Part shown: positions 13,468 to 27,154 of the stretch, in pieces
Position numbering within the stretch: the stretch's first letter is position 1
Layout: each line of letters opens with the position of its first letter
NCBI GenBank assembly: GCA_965112155.1
Contig: OZ218103.1
Reading direction: 5' to 3' (one strand)
DNA: 64,000 bases
DNA from: Podarcis liolepis
Lineage: Eukaryota
The notes under the pieces: generated by a model
Database searches by the model: none
What the model saw: the letters and a program-made list of their open reading frames with translations, nothing else
Told to the model about the DNA's origin: nothing
Program-made: the position numbers and the translations under genes

Positions 13468-13800
13468 TAGGGATGGGTGAATCTGTTAACTTTGGACAAA
13501 TTAGAAACAGGGAGAAATACCAATCTTAAATTCACTTTATCACATTTCTACATCACCTTGTGATTTTTAAAAAAATATCATCATTTTTAATTCATCAGCA
13601 TTGTAGTGCATATTCTAATATACTCAGTTTAAATGCAACTTTGCCTAGTGTATACATTTTTGCAAGCAGCATTTTTATGTATTTTTAATGAATTGACACA
13701 GTTTTATGCACTGTTTCTCCCAATGTTCCCATTTTTGTACATATGCTTTGGTTGGAAAGCTGTTCTGCAAAATTTGGAGAAGTGTGAATTTTCAGCTAGG
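13468..13800 (+). mobile_element. Non-autonomous hAT-like DNA transposon (TAGGGATG-type end)
   Basis: Begins TAGGGATGGGTGAATCTGT; collinear with 49117-49507; a related inverted piece lies at about 12846-13080. Confidence 0.6.
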
Positions 13801-13957
13801 CCATAACACCAAGTGCCTTTCTGGTCTCAGGTCTTGATCTTGGTGAGTAAATGAATGAATAGGTCAAAATGCTGCTTATTTTCAATTTTCTCCAGCCATA
13901 ACAAGAAGCTACATCATGGACTACCATGTCCTCTAGGATTTGAGATCTCACCTAGAT

Positions 13958-14070
13958 CAGATGTGGGGAACCTGTGGACCTCCTGATGTTGCTGGACTCC
14001 CACTCTCATCAGCTCCAGCCAGCCGGCCAGCTCAATAGTCAGGGATAATGGGAGTTGTAGTCCAATAACA
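13958..14070. mobile_element. Palindromic hAT-like MITE (family A)
   Basis: GGGGAACCTGTGG...GATGTTGCTGGACTCCCACTCTCATC / GATAATGGGAGTTGTAGTCCAATAACA inverted arms; other copies at 21584, 31200, 47095, 48355, 53355 and 59130. Confidence 0.75.
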
Positions 14071-15357
14071 GAAAAGCAATGACAGGTGTTGTGCCTGTGT
14101 TGCTACAATAGACTAACAGAGAATACTTATTTAGTTTTAAATAAGTTTACCATTGCTGCTGGTCTCTGTAAGTCCCTCAAGGCCACCATACAATTTACTG
14201 TAGATGGAAAACTTGGTCATAGCTTGGGATAACCTGATGGAAACTTATTTTGAGTGCAATCTTTCTGTTTTGGACAGAAATATAACTGCACAGGGCAGCA
14301 AATGAACCACACTGCTGTATTGTCATAGCATTAGCTCAACAGCAAGCCAAGAGATATGTGTCATTATGTTAATGCACTTGTCTGCCTCAGAACAGTGTCC
14401 CCAGCACTCCTATCCATCATGTAAATGCCTTGCAGAAACAGTCTTCTGGATTCTCTTTGTGTACTTGCTGTCACTGCTATGGGAAGTAATGGCCTGAAAT
14501 CATCCACACCATTAGTTTTAATGGATTAGAACTGTGTCATTTAAGGTAAGGTACAGGTGCGAGTGGGCTTGCAGAGTGCATCTCTACCCACATGGCATTG
14601 GCTAGTGTTACTCTGAGGGTTAAAAAGAAAATGAAAAGAAGAAGAAGACATTTTCCTCATCACCTTGGGAATGAAAGTGATGCATTTTCCAACTGTCCCC
14701 ACTGGAGGTCAGTGGAACATTGTTTACCATTGTTTGCTAGAACAAAGAAACTGCAAAACAGTGACATTTCAAGGGTGAATGTATATCTTTTTCAGTGTCT
14801 TTGTTATTGTACATCTACAGATAATTCTGTAAATTGTCCATAATGCCTAGTTTTAATGGTCACCATTCCATGCTTTATGGGACATTAAATCAGTGTTTGT
14901 TTTATTGGCATAATTGCTTATTTAGATGCACAGAAACTGCCAGAAAAGGTGCCCCCTTGTGCTCTCTAGGTACTTGGGATATAACTTAATAATATGCAAA
15001 GCATACTGGTGTGTTTTAAAATAATTCTTTAAAGTCAGAAAATGCCTGGGCTCCTGCCCCCTATAATCGGTACCGTCCTCCTGACTAAGCCTGGTGCTCT
15101 AGAAAGAATGTTTCTTATGGCTGCATCAACTGTGTATCAGCAGTGTACTTGAAAATGGTTCTAATCATTGATGCAATAGCATTGCAATACTTAATGACTG
15201 GAGCCAGGCAGTTCAGGGTGCAATCCTGTGAAGAGCATCTGAAACACAAATAAAAATAAATTTGCTGAAGGAGGCAACATCAGGCATTGTAGGTGGCGGT
15301 GCCAGACATCATCAAAAAGACAAAGTAATGAAATAAAACTCTAAAACAGGAGATGTA

Positions 15358-15765
15358 GGGTACATTCAGAGATGGGGAATATTGCATTTTCCTGGTTATC
15401 ATGCTAGCACTTCTGTACCTGTTGTGTTATGTGGCTTTTGGACTGATATAAAAGGATGTTTTGCTAAATTCCATTCAGACCAGTGGGTGTGGTGTGGCAC
15501 AACAGTGACTGTCATTGGATGTTGTTATTCCTCCATTGTCTCCACACATGTGTGCTTCTGTTCCTCCATCATTCAGCCAGGAAAATGGCAGGAAAGAACT
15601 GTGTGAATTCTCAGGATTTTCCAGGTTAATGGGCTTGCAAATGGATTTATTTATGGAGTCAAATAACATGAATATCAGCACCAATGGAGGTCATTTTTAC
15701 ATCACATGAAAGCTCAAATATAACGTGGAAATTAACACCTAGGGGAAATGGAATAAACTGCCATT
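15358..15765 (+). mobile_element. Harbinger-like non-autonomous element (family B), 3'-truncated
   Basis: Collinear with 26643-27154 (shared ACATGTGTGCTTCTGTTCC, TTTTCCAGGTTAA, TGCAAATGGAT, TCAAATAACAT). Confidence 0.65.
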
Positions 15766-15776
15766 TATTCCTAAAT

Positions 15777-15918
15777 CAGTGGCAGTGCTTTGCAATTCCT
15801 GGCACCTCCAGATAGAACTGGGAAACTCTTCTATCTGATTAGCCCCCGCTAATCAAAGTCTGAGCTAGATGGTTGAGGGGTAGGACTTGTAGAAATAAGG
15901 CAGTTTCCTATGTTCCTA
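15777..15918 (+). mobile_element. Degenerate Squam2-like SINE
   Basis: CCTGGCACCTCCAGATAG...CTGAGCTAGATGG...ATAAGGCAGTTTCCTATGTTCCTA 3' end. Confidence 0.65.
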
Positions 15919-16900
15919 TTAGGAACTATTTGTGTAACTGAGGGGTGACAGATGCCGTTTCTTTTTTCTGGCTAAGTAACCATCAAGATTTCTCCTTGCA
16001 CAACAGGACTCTTTCCTGCCCTGTACACGCACGCACACACGCACGCACACACATATTGTTCTCTCCTCATCTGCTCTGGGGGTTTGGGGGGGGTAACCTC
16101 AGAACAGATTTAGGGGATGTTCAGATGGAGAAGAGGGGTGAATCCTGTTGCACATGTGGAATTCCTTTCAATGGTGGGACTGTTACTTAGGGCTGTGTTG
16201 AATACAGTCCTCAGTAAATAATGTCTGATATCAGTGGTGTGGGACCATGGTAAAGCAGCTTCCATATTCCTGTAGCCAGGCATGAACTGAACCTCAGTAA
16301 TAAAACACTTCTCCGTACCTTCTAAGTCAAGATGTTAACATGGGGAGTAGGAGAACTGAACTGTCTTGTTTTGGCTCATGATGACTAGCTTATGAAACAG
16401 TAAAGGTTTAAGGATGAAGAAGCTTGAATCAAAGCCTTAGAACAGGGACTAGTGATAACATTAAGCAAATATCCCATTTGAATATGCTAGCTGAAGAAAT
16501 GTGAATTTAGGATATAGTGTGTTTGTATATTAAATGTATTTAAAACATAGCAAGCATTTTGTTCCCTTTCTGTGTGGTTTGCAAGTAGAAATTAATTAAC
16601 TCCATTGATGATAATGAGGTTACTTCAGGTTTACGTCAACATTATGGCGAACAGAAGGTAGAACTGTTCAGCAAATGATTTGAAAGTCTTTCTTGTACAT
16701 GAATAAGCATTGAATGCACATTAGAAAGGAATGAAAGCCATTGTTATTGCTATTATTTAACACAGCTGTCTCTTATTTCCACTACATAATTCTTGTCTAA
16801 ATGTATACAACGTCTCCTGCTTGTGAGCTGATAGAGCTCAGGTGACTGAATATGACTCACCAAGCAAAACAGGATTGCTGACATGAGAGGAAAGAACAGT

Positions 16901-17227
16901 GGGTTGGATCCATACCATTAGTTGCACTTAGTTCCCATTGAAATCAGTGGACAAATTCATGGAAGGTAAGACTATCAATGGCTAATAGTCATTATAGCTA
17001 TACATTACTTTCAGAACCAGAGGCAATATGCTTCTGAATACCAATAGAAGGGGACAAACATGTCCTACTTTTGTGCTTCTCATAAGCATCCATTCCCATA
17101 GGTGGTTGGGAACAGAATGCTGGACTACATGGGCTTTTGATCTGCTCCATCAAAGCACTTCTCATGACATTTGTTCCATCATTGCTGATGGGAACTAAGT
17201 GTGCCCAACTTAATTTGGATCCAACCC
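16901..17227. mobile_element. Palindromic MITE with a CR1 3' end inserted in its centre (about 16950-17166, + strand)
   Basis: TIR GGGTTGGATCCA / TGGATCCAACCC, inner arms CACTTAGTTCCCAT / ATGGGAACTAAGTG, 3-bp TSD AGT; the insert has the CR1 3' UTR motif AACAGAATGCTGGACTACATGGGC. Confidence 0.75.
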
Positions 17228-20200
17228 AGTTATTTATAGGAGGCTCTAATATAAGGTCATGTCCTCTGATATAATGATAAAATATGTCTGATCCAATGGG
17301 TTAGTGCTCAGAGCCAGCCTTCAGGGAGAGGAAATCCATAGTCCTAAGCTAACATATAAGGCAGGAGAGTATTCTAGAGCTGTGCACAAATGATCCCTTG
17401 AAAGTCTCCATCCTGTTGTGGACAGAAAAATGGAGTGGAGGGAACTATTTCACCAAATTTATCCAATGGATGGGCCCCACTATTAGCCATGACAGTAGCA
17501 TAGCTTCTCCCCCCCCCCCAAGTTTTTGTTGTTGCTGCTACAGCAGACAACTGTGTTGTTTTGCATTCTCCACAATGTCCTGGACCTGCAGCATTTTGTA
17601 GCCACTGCCACAAAAAATGGTGGAAAATATTCAAAGCTATCACTGCAGACCCATTTTCTAGTGGGTGGTGGTGAGAAAAAGAAAAATCACACCATTTTTT
17701 TCCAGAAATACATCATCTGGGAAATTTTAGTTCAACTTTTGATTATCCTTCCCAGACACTATGACTGCTTCTAAAATCATTCTGAGAGCACACTTAATCA
17801 CTGTGCATAAATAAAAGCATATTAGGGAGCAACACTGACATGTGCCAGGTAAAATAAAACAATGAAGCCTCTTTTTTTCCAATTGTCTAAGTTGTTATAG
17901 TTACTTGGCTTCTTAAATCTAGATAGAATGTGTCTAATAGCTCTAAGAAGGTCTTCCCAGAGAGTGGACAGGTTCGCTGTCCTTGAAAAATAACACTTAG
18001 TAATGTCTGGGAAAAGATATACTAAATCAGAGAAGGGAGTTGTTGGAAGATTCTTCTCCTTTAGTAGAATTCATGTCTCACTTTCTATCGCCTGGGGCTG
18101 AAAATTCTTCCCCAACTTCAGTCATGCTCAAAGTGAGCCATTGTTAAGGTGGTTCTACGTAGGTGACAAAATATTAGTGTAAGTACGGTGCTATAGATGT
18201 GAAAAAAGATGGCTTGGGACATTGAAGATGTAGGTTTGTAAGCATGTTGAATATTTGCAGCTGGGCACATATTTTGCAGCTTCCATATTAATACCCACAT
18301 TCTGAGTGTTTTTTGCTCATTCCCTCCCCTTGCAGGAGTCAACAAAAATTTCAGAAAACTATGAAGTTAGGGAAACATCACCTACATTTCGAATCTAATC
18401 TGGGGATGACATAACTAAACACTCTGTCCTGATCTGATATGCAGACACTTAGAAAATGTATTGCACCCAGCTCCCTTGGAAAAGCTGCTCTTTGGGAATT
18501 GGATGGACAATATAAGAAATGTACAATCTTTTAATTTGTATGCCTGATTTTCTTTATTGGCATTACTCGAGGTAAATTTAGAAATACTGTAGTGCAGTAG
18601 CCAAGTGGGCAATTTGCCAACTGCTTTCACATGGGGAAAATAATACACAGGATCATAAGCAAAACAACTCTTCATTATGATTCATGGATAATTTTGGGAC
18701 ACTTTAGCAACCAATTCATCCTGATTAGCTAATTAAATGCAGGAACCTATGTGCAACCCTGAACCATGGAGTTTAGATCAATGCATTGAAATAATGAAAT
18801 ACTGTCCTGGAAGAGAGATTGCTTGTTCTTGAGAGTCATCTGTAATATGCCAGGACTCAAGAAACACTCACATAATCACTGTGAATGTGCAGCTTCTTTA
18901 ACGACCTTGGCACCTGCTTAAATGTCTCCCAGTGAAATAAATGGAACTGATATACACACTTCTCTGAATATTCGTGTTATTTCAGAGTTGTTCAGCAATG
19001 GCACCATTTTTATTCCCATACTGCTACATCTTTCCAGCACTTTGTTTCTGAACTTCATATTCTTAGCCTCATTTGACCTCACTTCTTTTTAGGCTGTGGG
19101 GTTGATGCATGTGGCTTTTCTTCACACTTGTCTTTGGGGTCATCACATCAGTTGTAGCACGCTGTTGTCATTGATGAAATAATGTCACCAACCATATTAA
19201 AGGGTCAGTGAGGCTAAATGAGTCTAAGGACAGTGTGGTCAAAGATGCAAAAGAAGAGCACATGGAAGAGGCATGATGTAAGCCTGTTTGGCTCACTGTG
19301 CCTCTGTTGTACCAGCAGTTCTTCAAATCATGCTGGCAAAACCAACACTGTCCTGCATACAGAAGTTGTTATAAAGTCTCCAGAAGCATCGCCAATAGGG
19401 GGAAAGTATTATTTGTTTAATAACACAGCTCAGCTTGCCGCTTTGTCAATGGAATCGTGCACATGAAGTAGTCCCTCCAAATGCTCAAGAACACAGCAGA
19501 GTTCTTCCTTTTTGGCTACAGTTTTAAGAGCATTCAGAGCACATTTCTGCCAGCACACCAGCAGGTTTCAGCGAAAGAACACACAATTGTAGTTAATTGA
19601 TCATTTCCACAGAGAAGAAATTTAGAAGGACTTTCTAATTCGTGTCTTTCTTTGACCGCTTTTAAACATCTAACAAAAGGCATTCCTTTTCTTTTCGCTT
19701 GGGTTCTTCTTATTTCTATTTAAAATGATCTTCCCTGTCTGCAGTTACTTCTATTCGAGAGAAAAAGAAGACGATACAAAGTACGTTCTGATTTGGTATG
19801 CTTAATCTTCAACATTGTGAAACCATTCACAGTTTTGCAATTATATGCTAAATGGGCACCAAGGTCATTTTGTACTCATCTGTGACTTTCTAATGAAAGG
19901 CACAGATGTCATTAAAAGCACAGTTCATTCTTTTTAAAAAAGCACGTCTTTGCATACACATTTATTCATGGGCTTCAGGAAATGTATATATAACACATTT
20001 GGTTGCCACTTTGCTTGAGCCAAATTACTTGTGCTCAGTGGTGTTTCTCTCTTTATAGATTTGTTAGCTACAAAACCAAACCAAGATCCATATATACCCA
20101 ATAAAATTCAAGGGGTTAGAAGGTGAGCCACTGCAATAGCTGATGAACACTGTGAGAGCCAGGAATTGGCTCCATGGATGGTTCAAGAGCATTGTCATAC

Positions 20201-21114
20201 ACTAGCAGTTGTCTCCAGTTTTTGCTATAACTAGCATGCTGTTGAGTGGCACATGTCACCCTGGAGTAGGAGCAGTGAGGAATGATGACCTTTCCTAACT
20301 CCATAGCACAGCACAAAGACACCAGCCAAATATCTCTCTGTGTGTGACTGTTTTTCATGGGACAGCAGAGTTGATAACAAAGGTTGTCTGCCCACAGAAT
20401 TTCCCATTCACTCCCAAATGGGAGTGTAAACCGAGCTGAGTCCACCACTGAAATGAATGGAAAAATCTACTTACATAGGCCTTAAGTGAGCACATCAGGA
20501 TATTACATTTCAGGAATTCAGAACAATGAACTCATATCCCATTGGTTCCAATTGCATTTTAGTGACTGTGTCTTTATGATAGAGCAAAAAGATATTTCTC
20601 TCTCTCTCTCTCTCTCTTCTTTAGGTATTTCTATACTGCCTTTTACCAAATAGTCACAGGACATTCTTTTAAAAAAGCCATAAATACATAATAGAAAATA
20701 CTAAAGAAGCAAGGTCAAACAACACTAATATTAGTGAACCCTTAGCAAATGGGATGTGGAAGAAAGGGATGTGGTGGTGTAAAGAGAGAATACTTAGCGA
20801 TGGCAAAGGGCAAGCTTCCTTTGTGGGGAATTTTGGGGGGTTATTTAAAGGTTGGCTTGTGGGGTGCACTTTTTTGCTAACTCTGTTCTAATGAAAGGAG
20901 GCCTGCTGTTATGTCATTTGGCTGACTGGTTCATTCATCTGGTCACACTCAAGAGTGAGACCAGTGAGAACCCTGAGGTAACCCAACTATCTGTCCACCA
21001 GCCAACTCAAAGGGATGGGGGGGGGGGAAGGAGCTGCCCTTTGGCCTTCAATGCTATAGTCCACTGAATGCTGGCCAGTGGGTCTAGGGTAGGGAAGCCA
21101 GGTGACCTTGTAGT

Positions 21115-21259
21115 TCACCTGCTTGTAGGCTTCCCACAGATATCTTTGGCCACCGTGAGAGGTAAAGTTAAAGGAAAAGGACCCCTGGATGGTTAAGTCC
21201 TGGAGAAAAAGGATGCTGGTCTAGATGGGACTTGATCCAACAGGCGCTTCTTATGTTCT
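21115..21259 (+). mobile_element. CR1 3' end carrying a ~42-bp antisense Sauria SINE tail (21161-21202)
   Basis: GGATGCTGGTCTAGATGG...TGATCCAACAGG...TTCTTATGTTCT; the reverse complement of the insert matches 46255-46291; GAGA duplicated at both junctions. Confidence 0.75.
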
Positions 21260-21583
21260 CACTATTAGGTGAGCAGGCAATAATCCAGTGATCCAGGATC
21301 ATTGATCCAGTGCATGGAGCTGGGGTGGGTGGATATTGTCCAAAGGAAGGTAGATCCATCTCCATTGTTCATTAGATTGTATCATTCTAACCACACGTAT
21401 GTGGGCAATGTTATTGCTCATTGCAGATCCTTCTAGTCAATAAAGAGTGACCCTTAACCCCCATCTGGTCTCTTGCCTCAATTTGTGTGGGCATGTTGCT
21501 ATCTAATCTATCTATCCATCCATCTTATTTTTGCAAAGTTCCCACAGGACCCACTACATGCCTAGTTTCCCAATCCCGTAAGT

Positions 21584-21699
21584 CAGGGGTGTTGATGAGC
21601 TCCAGTTCCCATTAGCCCCAGCCAGCATGACCAGCAATCGAGGATTATGGGAGTTGTAGTCCGGCAACATCTGGAGGGCCACAAGTTCACCAACCCTGC
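21584..21699. mobile_element. Palindromic MITE (family A)
   Basis: ATGGGAGTTGTAGTCCGGCAACATCTGGAGGGCCACAAGTT...CCCTG right arm. Confidence 0.75.
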
Positions 21700-23944
21700 T
21701 TAAATACTGAGATTTTTTTAAAGCCACTTGCAATGTGGGTCAGGGGATGCTGTGTGTGATTCAGAAATGACAGAAAGCTCCACACTGTATATCACACCTC
21801 CATGGATAATCCTCTAGACTGTGTTCCTGGTCTTAATATTAGATTCTTTTAAGGCAACTATCAGCATTCTCTGGGGAGGAAAAGCATTTAAATAATCACT
21901 TTAGTTTGTGAAATTCTGGTGATGATTTCCCCACAAATAACTATATTATGAACTCCTTCCAGTCCCTCCCCCCACAATGTGTTTGACCTCCTCCAGCTGC
22001 TCTCTTCGCAACCCCCACTCCCACTTTAAAACCTTCCCTTTAATTGCTTGCATTAATGCCCTGAGGTTCTGTGAGAGAAGCTACAGAAACCTTGATTTTA
22101 TTTTCCCAAGGAAGCAATTACAAATCTGGGTTAATATGAAATCAAGTTGTTTGTAAATGCAACTGTTTAAAGTTTGCCTCCAGGGAAATCATGCAAAAAT
22201 AGGGCATTTTCTACCATTTGGATCTGTGCCAGTCAGCCAGCTCCACCTATGCTATAAATCAGATCATCAATTACAAGCTATCTGAAGAACATGGCATATG
22301 CATTTAAAGAAACATGTTTAGCCAGAAAGTTTTTAATAATAGGATGAGTCTTTCTTCCATGGGAAACAATCCTGTAGTTTACCTGCACCTTGATAAAGCA
22401 AGATGCAGCAGGTTGTGTCTTCCTGACATTTCTGAAGCAGCCACACTTTTAAGGCAAAAGAAAGCCATATAGAAGAAACTGAATGAATTGATGGTGGGCC
22501 CTTAGTTTGGTGGGTTTTTAGGTATTTGTGGCCTCTTTCGGCATGCTTTTTATTTTTCATAGGCAAAGGCAATTCAGAGCAAGGGTAATTTTTCCTGCAC
22601 TGTATTGACCTCATAGCCAATTCTTATGGACTACTCAGCATTGTGATGCCACCATACTCATTACATGACCTATGATTGAGTGAGATCACCTAGTGAAGAA
22701 AAGTTGCTAAAGCTGGTAGTGACGCTGTAGCAGAACTGGAGAACAGTGTTTGTGAACTGCTGTGAAAAGAAATGAGGAAATGAGGAAAAATTAAACATGG
22801 GGGGAGGGGGGTGTTAATTCACACACATCTGCAAAAGTCCTGCTTTCACTTATTCTTGAGTGAATATTCAGCTCAGGTCTAACTTAGAATAAAAGGAGAT
22901 AAGAACACGAGCCCATTCTCTTCTCAATGCTAAACATTTTTTTTTTTTGCATTGATTTTCCCACACATTCAGGAAAGTTTTATATTATAGGCCTCTTGAT
23001 GATGGCAGGAACAGGAGAGACCTTGAAACCTTTGAATTAAATATGATCCAAATTTACAGCTGAGTGAAGGATGAAAGATTAATAGGGTTTTCTTTCAGTA
23101 TGCTGTAAATCTGAAACTCTGGCGCTGGTTGCAGTGGTAAATTTCAAGCACCCAACTCCTAGTCATGAGCAAGCAGAGTGCACCAGGTTGCCGTTATAAG
23201 CCTGTAGCACAGAATTATTCCAGTAGCAGTTTATATGGGGAAGAAACTGAAGGATAAATCATCCTCGGGTATAAGCCTTGAGTCCTTGATATTATAATCT
23301 TTGACATCCCATCCTCCATCTATCTGGCCCTGCTCAGAGCCCTTGACCTAATCTTTCCTGTAGTCTTTGATTCAACAAAATTCTCTACATTTATTGCAGC
23401 TCAGCCTGTGCCATTGCATTTTGCAGCCAATCAAAACATTTGTTTCAATCTGGAAGTACGATGAGCCGAACCTTTTCCATTTTTTATAGCTTGAATGTCA
23501 AGCTGAGCCTCAAGCCATTTCTTCTGAGCTCAAATTCTAAGGAATCTCGCTTTTATTTTTTTAACACTGTACTTGCAAAGTTCTTGCTGATTAGTCATTA
23601 GTAAATTTGTTATTGTGAACCAAATAGGCAAATTAGTGAGCAGTGGGTTTCCCTAAGAAGCACTCAAGGCATGTGTTCTGTTAGGATGGTGGGGATATTC
23701 TCATAATGCTAATATTGGAGCATCCGTTTGTTTAATCCCAACAACATTAACCATGCAAGCTCACATAGTAATGCTTGGTAGCTCTGCCATAAGTGTGGGA
23801 TACCTTCCACTCTGCAGTCCATACCCCACAGACCTAGTATGAGTGGTTGGCCAGGTCATGCACTGGTGAAGGGCCCCAAGGCTCAGAAGGGACCAGCCTA
23901 CCACCGACTTGAACTCAGCCCCTCAGACTGGAAGGATGCCATCT

Positions 23945-24171
23945 TCATTCTCTGTGGCAGCCCCTAATTTGTGGAACTGCATCCCCACAGAGGTGCATCT
24001 GGTGCCTTCATTATACAACTGAAGACGCACCTCTTTACCCTGAATTTTTTGGGACCCACCTTATTTTTTAGGGTTGTAAATTGCTTTTAATACTGTTTTA
24101 AATGCTGCAACCCACTCTGGGACCTCAGGGTGAAGGAAGAGAAGTAAAATCACCATCATCACCATCATCAT
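23945..24171 (+). mobile_element. L2 LINE 3' end
   Basis: Translates FSVAAPNLWNCIPTEVHL...LKTHLF (L2 ORF2 end), then TGCAACCCACTCTGGGACC and a (CAT/CAC)n tail. Confidence 0.75.
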
Positions 24172-26642
24172 GAAGCTCAGGCACCTGGGGAGGCAGTAGA
24201 AAGTAGACCATAAGAGAGATGTGGGGAAGGAAGGGAGGAAGGAAATACACAAACGCCCCTTGGCCATGCTGGAAGTAGTTGAAATGAAGGAAAAGCCTTC
24301 CACCCCAAGCATGAGAATTGTACCAAATTTCTCTCTCCTCTCTCCTCTTAGATAAATTTTCAAATGCAATTTCCTCACAGTGCTGCCAGTGTGCATCATT
24401 GAGGGGGCAGAATTAGCTCTGTGCATTCCTGCAGGTTCCTTCACATATCCAACAGTGAATAACTGAAGAGGGCTAATATATTTGAATTTACTATAATAAT
24501 TCTTTAAAGTCTCTTTTAACCTCTCATCTACATACTGTTCATTGAGGATTCTCCTTTGTTGTTCCTTCATGTACTCTGGCAACACTTTTGACCAATCAGT
24601 GTTCCTTCATCACACAGTAAGAAAATCGCCTTATAATAAATTCCTGGCAATAAGCCTAACTAGAGCCGACATGCTATCAAGGCTCCATATACAGTTTTTA
24701 CCTGCTGAGTGTATGACTGAGGACTTCGGGTGTTCAGTGAGACTGAACTGATTACTACTAAAAATGTTATTTGCTTGAGCGAGGCCTGGATTTGTCCAGT
24801 TTCTGATTGTAGACTTTCAGTTTCAATATGCTTTAGGGAACATTCTCTTGTAACAGGTCACTCCAAATCCTTGTCTGTCACAGATTTGAATTAAACATGC
24901 CAAGTTGACTGCTACGAATGTAATGAATTTGCACAACCTAATGCACAACACGAAAATCCTCTGTCATTTTAAAGATTGTAATTCTGTTCTATTAAAATCA
25001 ATATAAGCGTTGTATGGATTTCTATTGGAGTAGGTTTGCAGCCTTAATTTTTGGTTTTCAATGATATCTGAAAGGCTGCTTAAAAAAGAATAGAACAGTT
25101 TTTGCCTGTAAACGGGAGGATTAGAGATAATGGGTTTAAGCTGAAACGGTATAAATGGAGGTTGGGTGTTGGGGAAAATGATTATAAGAACAGCTGGACA
25201 ATACATTAAGATGCATAGGGAGTTTAGGGTATCTTGATCTGTAGAAAAATTTCAAGACCTTATGTAAGTGCCTATCTTACTTAGGTGGTAGATTTCAGAA
25301 TTTATTTGTTTTGCTTTTGGGTATGATGTTGGAGGAGTAGATTCTTTTTCTTTGATTCTGTGAATTCCCCACCTTTCTGTATCAGGCACCAGCCTTGGGC
25401 ATGCTTGGGGGCAAAGAGAGAGTTGTATATAATTGTTTGATGCCAAGCAACTGGGATAATATGGTGGAGTTAATCCAGATTAATCCCTTTCCATACCTCA
25501 TGCTGGCTAGAGGGGGAAATGCAGACAAGGTAATTATCACAACATTTTTTTGTTAAAGCTTCCAGCCTCTCTCCTGGTGGGAATTAAAGCAGTTGGTTGA
25601 ATGTGAGAGATGCAGAAGCAAACAGATGCAAGGTGACTGAGCCAAACTCAGGACATTCCAACAAAAGTGAATTTTGAAAACACCTGCTAAGGGGATGAGG
25701 AACCTGGACTTTCTCCTCTGAACTTTGACTTTTTCGCAGAACACACTCAAGAGGAAGTGCCAAGAGTGCTCTTCTCCCATTTGCCCTTGACCTGGAAATG
25801 ATGAGACCATGCAGCAATATTGATTGCCATATTTCATCTGAGGAGACACTGTCCAGATGTGCCTCTTCACCTGTCTGCCCCTTGGTCTCAAAATGTCCTG
25901 AGCTTTCTAATTAGAGCAGAAAACAAGACTTGAGAAGGAACAGATGGCAGCGAGGTGTGAGCAAGGATTTGAAAGAGTCGCAGGCAGTTTGCTAACAGCC
26001 TCTATCAGGTCCCAGAGGGAAAGTCCTACTGCTTCCCCTCATCTATTAGGAGACAGAAGGTTGTGACGAGAACTTGGAAGAGGAAAGTAACAAGGGTTTG
26101 CCTGTGTGATATGAACATCACATTTGGATTTCTTTCCAATCACAACTCATTCTACAGCCCATGAATGTTCATAATCCACTATAGGGGTGAAATCACCATT
26201 ATGCTAAATACACTTCAGAATACCTACTGGCCATATCCAGGTAAATAAATGCTCATATTCTAGGAACAAGCAACGATGGCTAGGTGTGATATTGTGTTCA
26301 CACTGTTTCATGCCATGTGAGCAGAAGCGTAAATGTTGAGTTTTCCTTACAGATTGTTTTAGAAAGTGTGTACAAAGTCAGGGAAGGACTAAAAGCCAGC
26401 TCCTGCTCCCCAGTCATTGTACAATTCCCTTACACACAAAATGCATGTACTATATAGGGCTACAGTGAACAGGAAATTGTCAAAACATGATACAGCCAAT
26501 GAGATTTGGCTGTATGATTATGTCACTGAGAGCAAGAGAAGATAATTAAAATGTGTAAGCAAACATTTTCATAAGGAATGAAAAAATTCCCCCCAAAACA
26601 GTACTCACTGCACCACCCACATTGGCAAAAAAAATTAACAAA

Positions 26643-27154
26643 GGATGCATTCAGACATGGGCAATATCACATTGGTTTTCCTGATTATAATGCTAGTGCT
26701 TCTTTCCCGTTTTTTAATGTTCCCTTCACACTGTTGCATTACAGAACTGTGGCTTTTTGACTGATGTGCCAGTATGTTGTGCTATATTTCATTCACACCA
26801 CTGGGCACGGTCACACAACAATGAGTGTAAAATGTTGCTACTCCCCTCCCCTCCCTTTCCGTACATGTGTGCTTCTGTTCCTTCATTAACCCCCCCCCCA
26901 AAAAAAAAACCCAGCAGGAATGTGCCAGTATACTACCCCAAATTTTGCCACTTTATTCTCACAATTTTCCAGGTTAAGGTGGCTGCAAATGGATATTTAT
27001 TGAAATCAAATAACATTAAAATGAGCACTAAATTTGTGCTATATTCTATTAGTTTGCCAGAAGTGGCTTTGATGTTGTATGGAAGCTCAACTATTATGCA
27101 GAAATTAAGAGTTAGGGAAATGTTGGGCAAGTGGAGTGCCATGTGAATGCAGCC
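26643..27154 (+). mobile_element. Harbinger-like non-autonomous element (family B)
   Basis: Ends GGATGCATTCAGACATG / CATGTGAATGCAGCC; internal similarity to 15358-15765. Confidence 0.7.

Noticed and set aside
24061-24585. Longest ORF (174 aa, minus strand) with a protein-like N-terminal half (LPEYMKEQQRRILNEQYVDERLK...)
   Set aside because: Non-ATG start, no recognisable family, no convincing flanking splice sites, and the C-terminal part is antisense L2 tail and microsatellite. A tBLASTn search would settle it.
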